Origin: Patescibacteria group bacterium
GTDB taxonomy: Bacteria; Patescibacteriota; Microgenomatia; Levybacterales; UBA12049
Direction: 5' to 3'
Assembly: GCA_035946335.1 (NCBI GenBank)
Contig: DASYZL010000001.1
Location: 1 to 62,051 of the forward strand
Length of the DNA: 62,051 nucleotides
Shown: piece by piece, positions 39,142 to 47,035 of the stretch
Layout of the letters: the number at the start of each line of letters is the position of its first letter
How positions within the stretch are numbered: position 1 is the first letter of the stretch
Translations under genes and position numbers: made by a program
The notes under the pieces: model-generated
What the model was told of the DNA's origin: nothing
Databases searched by the model: none
What the model saw: the letters and a program-made list of their open reading frames with translations, nothing else

Positions 39142-41214
39142 TTATAGAGGAAGCGTGATGTTTTCTCCATCATGTGCTTGTTTTTTCAGGATTGTTCTTG
39201 CGGTGTTTCCTTTTTTGTCGATAAGTATTAAACTTCCACCATCACTGCCGTGTAAGCGCGATTGATATTGTTTTTCAAATCCATTTACTCCCTGGTATGT
39301 CGTGCTGCTGTAAATAGCTGTACAGCATTCGTTCGTATTCATAACATCCACAGGGATGCTTTGTGTATACACGCGTGATGGGTAGGGAATAACTGATAAA
39401 CCTTGAAATGAAAGAATTGCAGATTTTGTTGCTTCATTCCATAGATAAAAAGATGTGAACAGCGGAATTACTTGTCCAGGGTATGGATTCTCAAGATAGG
39501 CATTTTGTATGTGCTCTTTTTCAATTCCCGATAGGTTACTTAAGTATAAGAGCATGTGTATCTCTTTTTGCCTGCTATATTTTTGAGGATCAATCAAAAC
39601 CTCATAGCCATCAATATCCTGCACAAGAATGTTGCCAGTTTTATCTGTTACTGATCCTCTTTTACCAAAAGTAACTCTTGCTATTAATATGTCTCCAGGC
39701 TGGAAACTATTCAGTAAATCATTCCAATCCCAAATAACTTTCCAGACATTATCTGTTTTTTGAAACCGGATTGTTTTTTTCTCCTGAAAACTACCTAAAT
39801 TCCTTGTTGCATAGGTCATGACACCCGAAACAATAAGCGAATCGTGTGCTTGCGTTTCTCCTGTTTGATGAAATGAGACAGACTGTATTTGCCCCTCTTC
39901 ATAGGCCTTTTGTGCAATAAGACGAAATACAGACCTGTTTGGAAGATGTTGATTATTGTCTATGTCTTCCATATATACATCCTGAAAATATCCATGAGAC
40001 ATATTGTAGAGAAAATAAGAAAGTACCGGCTGCACTGAAGGAGTAAGAAAGCTGTGTAGATAGACGAAAAAACCTATGCCAACGATATACAAACTACTTA
40101 TAACCATAACACGCCACTTTTCAATACCTTTTGTAATGTATTGGGCAGTAAAAAAATACAGAAATGGAAGAACAAGAAGTATATAACGCGTATAAACAGG
40201 GATGAAGAGGAATAGAAATATTGCAGCAATAACATACAGAGTAAGCATTTTTTTAACCAAGGAGTGATGCGTAATCCAGATGTTAATCATTCCAAAAATA
40301 CTGACAATAATACTAATGGGCCAAATGATCCACCATTCCTGTATTACAGTTAACACCCCGTTGCTAATATCCGGAAATTTTCCTAAAAAGAAAATATCAA
40401 ATAATGCTTTATGATGAACAGGTAGGTGTGATTTTGCATAAAATGCAATAATATACTTTTGCAATTTCAAAAAATCCTTAATGGAATAACCCAAGGCAAA
40501 GTACCTGCCATACGGAAAGAGAAATCCTGTGATACATCCCAAACAAAGCAAGAGAAACGGGAACAGTTTATGCTTTTTATAGTAAGCAAATGCAAAGAGG
40601 AAAAATAGAATAGGTGAAAGAATGGGAAATTTAATGGTGGAAAACAATCCGAGTGAAATTCCTGATAGAAGCGAAAAATACTGAGAAGCAGAAAGCGATT
40701 TTAGAAATGTCCAAATACTGAGAAGAAGAAAGAATACCTGCATGATATCTAATGAGCTGCTAACCAGTTGCGAGGCAAAAAGCGGATCACTAGCAAGAAG
40801 GAACGTAGCGAATAAACCGACCATGGACTTACCGGATACTGTTTTACCAATGAGAAACAGCAGAATAATACTGCCAATCCCAAGGAAAAGTGTTGCATAA
40901 TATGGATTGCCAAAAAGTAAAATAGAAAAACCTAGTAAGTATTTTCCAAGCGGTCCGGTTTCAGGATTAAACTGTGAGGGGTCAGCTCCATGCACCAATG
41001 TATATCCGACATAGGCAAACAATCCATCATCACCAACAGTTCTTTGGGACAGTGGTAAAACCCACTGCGAATGCTCTACCCTATCTTTCCAATACAATCC
41101 GTCGTATTTACTGAAAAGTAAACTTCTCTGGGAAAAAATAATTTGTCCAAGTTGCAGTAAAATGAAAAGGGAAAGAACGAATGAAGCTATTTTTTCTGAT
41201 TTGAGGAGAATCAT
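39142..41214 (-). CDS. fusion protein: N-terminal GT-C (PMT_2-like, family D) membrane domain plus C-terminal class B PBP-like non-catalytic (NTF2-like and dimerisation/pedestal) region
   Basis: The N-terminal half of about 430 aa is homologous to 9806..10942. The C-terminal 250 aa ('FQKTDNVWKVIWDWNDLL...GKRGSVTDKTGNILV...GVNGFEKQYQSRLHGSDGGSLILIDKKGNTARTILKKQAHDGENITLPL') reads like the N-terminal half of PBP2a-type class B PBPs. It ends where the transpeptidase would begin. Confidence 0.6.
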   Translation of the reverse strand: MILLKSEKIASFVLSLFILLQLGQIIFSQRSLLFSKYDGLYWKDRVEHSQWVLPLSQRTVGDDGLFAYVGYTLVHGADPSQFNPETGPLGKYLLGFSILLFGNPYYATLFLGIGSIILLFLIGKTVSGKSMVGLFATFLLASDPLFASQLVSSSLDIMQVFFLLLSIWTFLKSLSASQYFSLLSGISLGLFSTIKFPILSPILFFLFAFAYYKKHKLFPFLLLCLGCITGFLFPYGRYFALGYSIKDFLKLQKYIIAFYAKSHLPVHHKALFDIFFLGKFPDISNGVLTVIQEWWIIWPISIIVSIFGMINIWITHHSLVKKMLTLYVIAAIFLFLFIPVYTRYILLVLPFLYFFTAQYITKGIEKWRVMVISSLYIVGIGFFVYLHSFLTPSVQPVLSYFLYNMSHGYFQDVYMEDIDNNQHLPNRSVFRLIAQKAYEEGQIQSVSFHQTGETQAHDSLIVSGVMTYATRNLGSFQEKKTIRFQKTDNVWKVIWDWNDLLNSFQPGDILIARVTFGKRGSVTDKTGNILVQDIDGYEVLIDPQKYSRQKEIHMLLYLSNLSGIEKEHIQNAYLENPYPGQVIPLFTSFYLWNEATKSAILSFQGLSVIPYPSRVYTQSIPVDVMNTNECCTAIYSSTTYQGVNGFEKQYQSRLHGSDGGSLILIDKKGNTARTILKKQAHDGENITLPL

Positions 41215-41238
41215 TTTGTCACATTATTCTAGCAAGTT

Positions 41239-41268
41239 TTGACAACGTAAAAAAGGCTATGCTATTAT
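41239..41268 (+). promoter_or_regulatory. sigma70-like promoter candidate (TTGACA, 18 nt, TATTAT) giving a leaderless or near-leaderless transcript
   Basis: TTGACA is at 41239..41244 and TATTAT at 41263..41268. The ATG of the small membrane protein gene is at 41275, only 6 nt past the -10 box, and there is no Shine-Dalgarno sequence. Confidence 0.45.
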
Positions 41269-41274
41269 CAAAGC

Positions 41275-41499
41275 ATGAATTTCAATTTGCCCTTTCCGCC
41301 AATTGTTTTATTCATTTTGTTTGTCTGGTCAATTTTCTGGAACGGTTTGGCACTCTGGCACGCAGCGAAAAATAATCAAAAAAACTGGTTTGTAGTCTTA
41401 TTGGTTATCCACACAGCTGGTATTCTGGAGCTTCTTTATTTATTTATTTTTGCAAAGAAAAAGTTCAAGATTGAAACAATACAATTCTGGAAACAATAG
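41275..41499 (+). CDS. small two-helix membrane protein (DUF5652-like)
   Basis: 74 aa. 'WSIFWNGLALWHAAKNNQKNWFVVLLVIHTAGILELLYLF' matches my recollection of a small membrane protein family common in candidate-phyla bacteria. A good sigma70-like promoter lies directly upstream. Confidence 0.55.
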   Translation: MNFNLPFPPIVLFILFVWSIFWNGLALWHAAKNNQKNWFVVLLVIHTAGILELLYLFIFAKKKFKIETIQFWKQ

Positions 41500-41501
41500 T
41501 A

Positions 41502-42254
41502 TTATTGTAACGAGTGCTCTTGCTGCATTTCCCACAATCGTGCGTAAGTGATAAACATACTGAATGACTGGTAGATGCTCTCAATTAATCCTACTGTCCC
41601 AACTTTCCACCCTTCTTGTAGAATGTATGAATCAAAGAATGCTGTTGCCATGACTCGGAGGAATCGCCACCATGTCATTCTCGGATGTTTTGCGTCATAC
41701 CGAAGTTTTGCCTCTATTTCGGACCATTCCACTGTTTTTGCAAGCATTGACGATAAATCTCGATGGGTATAGTGCAGTAAGTATCCATCGAGTTCGCCAA
41801 TTCTTCCTTTTGTGACTGGACTTTCGTGCACTTTTCCTTTCCAGTTTATTAGAGCTTCACGTTTAAAAAGCCGCTCCAATTTTTCTATTTTTGGCCAGGG
41901 GTGGTCACCCAGATAAAAATTCTGCCTGAGGATTTTATATACATACACTTCCTGTAATTCTTTTCGTGTTGTTGCAATAATTGTATTTTGCAACTCTGTG
42001 CTTACCCGCTCATCCGTATCAATGTAAAAAATCCATTCTCCTTTTGATGCACTCAATCCAATGTTACGCTGTTCAGCAAAATCCCTCTCAACGCCTTTTA
42101 TGATACGTGCGCCCATCCGTTTTGCGACATCACTTGTGCGATCCGTTGAGCCACCATCAATTATCAAAATTTCATCACAAAACTGAATAGAATCTATGCA
42201 GTCGGCAATAAGATGTTCCGCATTTTTTGCTATGATAATTGCTGAGAGTTTCAT
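41502..42254 (-). CDS. GT2 glycosyltransferase
   Basis: 'LSAIIIAKNAEHLIADCIDSIQFCDEILIIDGGSTDRT...FYIDTDERVS'. It is a paralogue of 15176 and 53568. Confidence 0.8.
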   Translation of the reverse strand: MKLSAIIIAKNAEHLIADCIDSIQFCDEILIIDGGSTDRTSDVAKRMGARIIKGVERDFAEQRNIGLSASKGEWIFYIDTDERVSTELQNTIIATTRKELQEVYVYKILRQNFYLGDHPWPKIEKLERLFKREALINWKGKVHESPVTKGRIGELDGYLLHYTHRDLSSMLAKTVEWSEIEAKLRYDAKHPRMTWWRFLRVMATAFFDSYILQEGWKVGTVGLIESIYQSFSMFITYARLWEMQQEHSLQ

Positions 42255-42309
42255 TTGTCCTAGTATAGCAGATGTTATCTAGATTTTAATCTCTTGTCAT
42301 TTATCAACA

Positions 42310-45300
42310 TCAATGTAGTTTCAAAGCTTCTATTTCTCCATTACTCGCTTCTGCATTATTTGGATCAATAAGTAGGGCATTTTCAAATGCTTGTAGCGCA
42401 TTATGATAATCTTTCATATCTAAGTAAGCATATCCAATACAACTATGTAAACGACTCCTTCTTGGTTCAATATCCAGTGCCCTTTTATATTCTTCATATG
42501 CTTCTGTTGGCTTACCTAATAATCTCAATGCATCACCTCTATACATAATGGACATCCAATTATTTGGATTAAGTGACAGTGCAAGGTTAAATTGATCGAG
42601 TGCTTCTTGATATTGCTTTTGTTGCAATTGCACATTTCCCTTGCCATTCATCGCCCAAATATCTACTGGATTTAGATCTAACGCTCTATCAAAATCTTGA
42701 AGTGCTTCGCTATATCGTTGTAAATGATGATGCGCTTCTCCTCTACGAAAAAACGCAATATCGTTTTCCGGATTAAGAGCGATAACTTTATCGTGAGAAC
42801 TCATGGCTTCTTGATACCTCCCGAGTTCATTTAATGCATTTCCTCTCCCTAAATGAGCTTCAATATTTTCAGGATCAAGCTGTGCTGCGCGGTCAAATTG
42901 CTCTAACGCATCATCATATTGCTCTAGTGATTCATAATCTAATCCTGATAATACAAGAGCGCTCGCCTCACGAACCCTGATATCATGCACGATACCCTCA
43001 GTTCTAGTTTTCGCTGCTATGACATCTGGATAGTTTATCATCCGTTTATTTGGATTATCAACCCGAAGTGAACTTGTTAAAGCAATAAGTGCTTCTTCAT
43101 ATCGTTGAAGATCTAATAAGACAAAACCTTTTTTCATCCATGCAACACTATCTTGATACTGACAAGCCTGTAATGCTTGCTCGTAAACTGCTAATGCTTC
43201 ATCTGGTCTCATAAGTTGCCTGAGCATATCCCCCTTACCCTTTAATGCGTCAATGTACTGTGGGTCAATTTGGATAGCCTTTTCAAATGCTTCCAAGGCA
43301 GCTTCATGTTCATCAATCGTAATACTTACATTGCCAATATTAAAATAAGCTAACTTATTCTCAGGAAATATTTTTATTGCTTCATCATATTTTCCTAGTG
43401 CTTCTGTTAGTTGATCTTTGTCTTCAAGCTCTTTAGCTTCCCTAACTAAATTCATTGAGTCCCTTTTATTTTGAATAGAAACACTTTTTTCTAAACTCTG
43501 AATTCTTTTTGCAAGGCTTTTATCGTGACCATTTAATGAATATGCAATATTATATGATTTTAACGCTTCAGGTAACCTATTTTGTATTTCTAATATTTCT
43601 CCTATACTTACTAATACAGATATATTTGCTTTATTTTTTGAGAGTATTTGTGCATACACCTGCAAAGCTTCTTCATATTTTTTCATGTACGTCAGCAATT
43701 TACCTTTACGAAAAGATGGCTCATAATTTCCTGGATTAAGTGCGGTTGCTTTATCATATTCTACTAGTGCATCTTCAAACCGGAACATTCTCGTGAATAT
43801 GTCACCTCTTTGCAAAAAGTAGTACTCATGAGGAGCAAGGGCAATAGCCTGATCGTATGCGGCAAGTGCCGTCGGATACTCTTTCATTTTGAATAAAATA
43901 TCACCACGATACTCATGATGGGAAACATCGTCTGGTTCAATTTGAATCAATGCATCAACTGCTGAGAGCATTCCATTTAAATCTCCAACTTTACCACTTG
44001 CTTCAAGTTTTCCATCTAATGCTACCTTATTTGAAGGATCTATTTTTAATGCTCGTTCATAAGCTTTCAATGCGGTAACAGGATTATTGCTCCGCAAGAG
44101 AATATTACCTTGCTCAACTTCCCTGTTTACCTCCTCTAAATCTTGACCAGCACGTATTTCCCTTACTTCTGACCTTGTTTTTCTCCAGACTTTTGACAAT
44201 AAAGCCATAGGACCTACCCCATCAGGTGGCGCAAGTTGCAATATTTGCTGATCACCGCTCATTTGCACATCGCCCTGAGAAACATTTGGCTCAGTTTGTG
44301 TGACATTGTATGAACGTCTCGGTTGATTCCTAGGATTTTGCCAAACTCCTAGTGTTGTTCTCTCCGGTAGAGTAACAACAGTCATCTGATCTGCAACAAT
44401 AGGATTTGGAAGATTACCAACGGTACTACTAATAGATATATATCCTACAGGTTGTTCCGGTTCACTAAGAACTCTTAAGTACGCATTGATTCTTGCTTTT
44501 CCATAATCTTCTACTGTTGCATATCTATCTTCCTGCTTTGGTGCCATACCTCTTCTTACTACCGGCCAACCTTCTTCAGGTATAGGACCAGATAATCCTT
44601 TCTGTGTGAAGGAAGGCGGTTCAACAGTTTCATGAAGTTCTAGCCAATAATCATTTTTTGCCTCTTGACTCAATTTTCCGTATTCTTTTTCATAGGACTT
44701 AGGAATTCTAAAAGGTGTCTCACCAACAGCAGACCAATAGTCTGTAACCGCAAGTCCATATTGATCACTAAAAGATGACGCTTTATTCCGGAATTGCTCT
44801 GGAGCCATAAAGAAAACTGTCCCTCTTAGTTCCTTATGCTTTGCGGGTTCAGCTCCTTTAAGCAAAGAACTGATAAGAGCAATATCAAAATCATTTAACC
44901 AAAGATTACCCTCATTCAATAATAAATTACCGAGTTTGACGTCACAATGAATTATCCCTTTTCCATGCGCAGCTTGCAGAGCACTTGCAGCCTGATATAT
45001 ATACCTCGGTAAATCATGCTGCTGAAACCTGCCGTAAACGCTAACGACATCTTTCATCGACCCATCCCTTGCGTAACCTAATGCAACAAAGTTAACTCTT
45101 CTTCCTCTCTCAAATCCCGAGCCATAATATGGCACAACATATGGATGCTGCAAGGCACTTAACCGTTCTAATGCAGTTTTTTCTATTTCAAAGCCATTTC
45201 TGACATCTTCCCCTCCCATTAGACCGTTTTGCGATTCGTTTGCAAATGCTTTTATTACCACTGGAAAACCTGTAGGCGTTTCAGTAAAGTATACTTCAGC

Positions 45301-45387
45301 ACCTCCTCCTTTACCCAATAGTCCTTGCACACGATATCCCGGATGCCCTGAATCGTTTACAATATAGCCTTGTTCAAACATACTCAT
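42310..45387 (-). CDS. Ser/Thr protein kinase (Hanks-type) fused to about 16 tetratricopeptide repeats
   Basis: The kinase has 'GKGGGAEVY' (Gly loop), 'VVIKAF' (Lys), 'IIHCDVKLGNLLL' (catalytic loop), 'NDFDIA' and 'MAPEQF'. From about aa 430 there are repeated 34-aa 'G..l....y.eAl..y..Al.ldP.n' units. No TM segment is visible. Confidence 0.85.
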   Translation of the reverse strand: MSMFEQGYIVNDSGHPGYRVQGLLGKGGGAEVYFTETPTGFPVVIKAFANESQNGLMGGEDVRNGFEIEKTALERLSALQHPYVVPYYGSGFERGRRVNFVALGYARDGSMKDVVSVYGRFQQHDLPRYIYQAASALQAAHGKGIIHCDVKLGNLLLNEGNLWLNDFDIALISSLLKGAEPAKHKELRGTVFFMAPEQFRNKASSFSDQYGLAVTDYWSAVGETPFRIPKSYEKEYGKLSQEAKNDYWLELHETVEPPSFTQKGLSGPIPEEGWPVVRRGMAPKQEDRYATVEDYGKARINAYLRVLSEPEQPVGYISISSTVGNLPNPIVADQMTVVTLPERTTLGVWQNPRNQPRRSYNVTQTEPNVSQGDVQMSGDQQILQLAPPDGVGPMALLSKVWRKTRSEVREIRAGQDLEEVNREVEQGNILLRSNNPVTALKAYERALKIDPSNKVALDGKLEASGKVGDLNGMLSAVDALIQIEPDDVSHHEYRGDILFKMKEYPTALAAYDQAIALAPHEYYFLQRGDIFTRMFRFEDALVEYDKATALNPGNYEPSFRKGKLLTYMKKYEEALQVYAQILSKNKANISVLVSIGEILEIQNRLPEALKSYNIAYSLNGHDKSLAKRIQSLEKSVSIQNKRDSMNLVREAKELEDKDQLTEALGKYDEAIKIFPENKLAYFNIGNVSITIDEHEAALEAFEKAIQIDPQYIDALKGKGDMLRQLMRPDEALAVYEQALQACQYQDSVAWMKKGFVLLDLQRYEEALIALTSSLRVDNPNKRMINYPDVIAAKTRTEGIVHDIRVREASALVLSGLDYESLEQYDDALEQFDRAAQLDPENIEAHLGRGNALNELGRYQEAMSSHDKVIALNPENDIAFFRRGEAHHHLQRYSEALQDFDRALDLNPVDIWAMNGKGNVQLQQKQYQEALDQFNLALSLNPNNWMSIMYRGDALRLLGKPTEAYEEYKRALDIEPRRSRLHSCIGYAYLDMKDYHNALQAFENALLIDPNNAEASNGEIEALKLH

Positions 45388-45393
45388 AAAATA

Positions 45394-47016
45394 TTAAGTA
45401 AAATCTTCTTCATCGAGTTTTTCTCGTTCTTTATTAACATGTTGCTGTGTTTGCACTAAAGGTTCAAACAAGTGATTCAATATGGTAAATCTACCCAAAT
45501 AGTCGGTAAATGTTTGTAAGTTTCCGGCTATTTGTTCTCTATTTGGAAGTAATTGTCCATAATAAGAACTTACTTCACTCCAACCATTTTGATCCGCAGT
45601 GCGTTTCATCCTTGTTAATAAAACTCCGATATCTTCGCTAGTCATGTCAGAAGAAATAAGTGATACTGAACCTTCACCAAGAAATAATCTTATATTTCCT
45701 TTAATAATATCTGCTAGATTTGTTACAGCTAACCGTTTTACTTCTTCTACATCTGGAGTTTCAATTCCCCTTTTTCTTGGTTCGGTAAGTTTTGCATCAT
45801 ACACTTGATCAATAAGCTCCATTCTATATTGTGAAGCTCTTGGAGAAGAACGTAATACCTGTAGTTCATTTTCTGTAAGGGAATATTTGAGGTATGCTTC
45901 AGGGTTCCATTGATACTCTTGTGTTAATGAAGCATTAATACTCTCAATATCACCTTTCAACTGACTCGTTAAGAGATAATGAAGAAAAAACAAATAATTA
46001 ACTGGAGAACCTGGAAATTCAAGGTGCACTTTTTCGTCGTTATCCTCAGTTTTCTCAGGAGAAACTTTAGGACGTTGAAGTTGTAATACGTTTTCTTGGT
46101 AAACTGGTTCTTCAACTTCTTCTATGATCTTATATTCCCCTTCGATTGATTCTTGTGGTATTGACTCTTGTTCTAGTCCAGCAATCTGACGTGCTTTTGT
46201 TTTAGCTTTTGAATGATTAGGTTGAGGTTTTTCAGAAACAACTAAAGCATTTGATTGAACATTTTGTGGCTCTGGAACAGTTGGAGTTTTTATGACACTT
46301 TCTGTCTCACTTTCATCTTCGATTATGCTTCGTTTCCTAGTAATTTCTTCATCAACTTGTTCATTGAACGTTTGCTGATGAATATCATTCCTTAGTAAAC
46401 CTTCCTCTGTACTCACAAACCTTCTTGGGCTATCCTGGATTTCAGTATTATATACACTTTCTAATGTTGGAGAAAATTGAGGTTCATTGGTTGTTCTTAA
46501 TGTTACTGTATCTTGGTCTGCTAGGAAAAAATCAACTCGAGCTACTTGCACTGACCCCAAAGTTGGAGTCATTGTCGGGTAGGATCCTGTTATTTTTTGA
46601 GTTAATTCAGACTCAGTTAAGGAAAGTTTGTTCTCATAATACTGAGTCATTGCCTTAATTAGTGCGAGTCGAATCTCGCTTTGGATTCTCACTTTCGTTG
46701 GATCATTTCTTGTTTCAGAAGTTATTCTTGAAAACTCTTGTCCAATCGTATTAATCCCCTGATGTACTTCTGAAAGTTCGTTGCAAAGTGCAATGACAAA
46801 ACCAGGATTATATAGTTCCATACTAAAATGTTGAGATTCTGGATCAGCTACATCAAGAGTAAATCGTAAACCTTGTAAAATAGCAATATCCGACATTTTA
46901 GAAATATCCACTATACTCTGTTGATTTTTTCTCCTCTCAACTCCAGTTACTTTTCTAAGAAGACTCCCTGCTCTATATAGCAATTTACTTTTTCCTGATT
47001 CAACTTGATCTTTCAT
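45394..47016 (-). CDS. hypothetical protein (acidic, no recognisable domain)
   Basis: 540-aa ORF sitting tightly between the kinase and phosphatase genes (6-nt and 19-nt gaps). The central part is E/Q/S/T/P-rich and low in complexity. There is no TM segment and no motif I recognise. Confidence 0.6.
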   Translation of the reverse strand: MKDQVESGKSKLLYRAGSLLRKVTGVERRKNQQSIVDISKMSDIAILQGLRFTLDVADPESQHFSMELYNPGFVIALCNELSEVHQGINTIGQEFSRITSETRNDPTKVRIQSEIRLALIKAMTQYYENKLSLTESELTQKITGSYPTMTPTLGSVQVARVDFFLADQDTVTLRTTNEPQFSPTLESVYNTEIQDSPRRFVSTEEGLLRNDIHQQTFNEQVDEEITRKRSIIEDESETESVIKTPTVPEPQNVQSNALVVSEKPQPNHSKAKTKARQIAGLEQESIPQESIEGEYKIIEEVEEPVYQENVLQLQRPKVSPEKTEDNDEKVHLEFPGSPVNYLFFLHYLLTSQLKGDIESINASLTQEYQWNPEAYLKYSLTENELQVLRSSPRASQYRMELIDQVYDAKLTEPRKRGIETPDVEEVKRLAVTNLADIIKGNIRLFLGEGSVSLISSDMTSEDIGVLLTRMKRTADQNGWSEVSSYYGQLLPNREQIAGNLQTFTDYLGRFTILNHLFEPLVQTQQHVNKEREKLDEEDFT

Positions 47017-47035
47017 ATATTTCTTATCATAATTA

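Noticed and set aside
41215-41274. Minus-strand promoter for the 26-kb gene string in the divergent gap upstream of 41214.
   Set aside because: The only -35-like and -10-like hexamers on the minus strand (TTGTCA ... TAATGT) are about 13 nt apart, which is too close. I could not support a call, although a promoter must lie somewhere near here.
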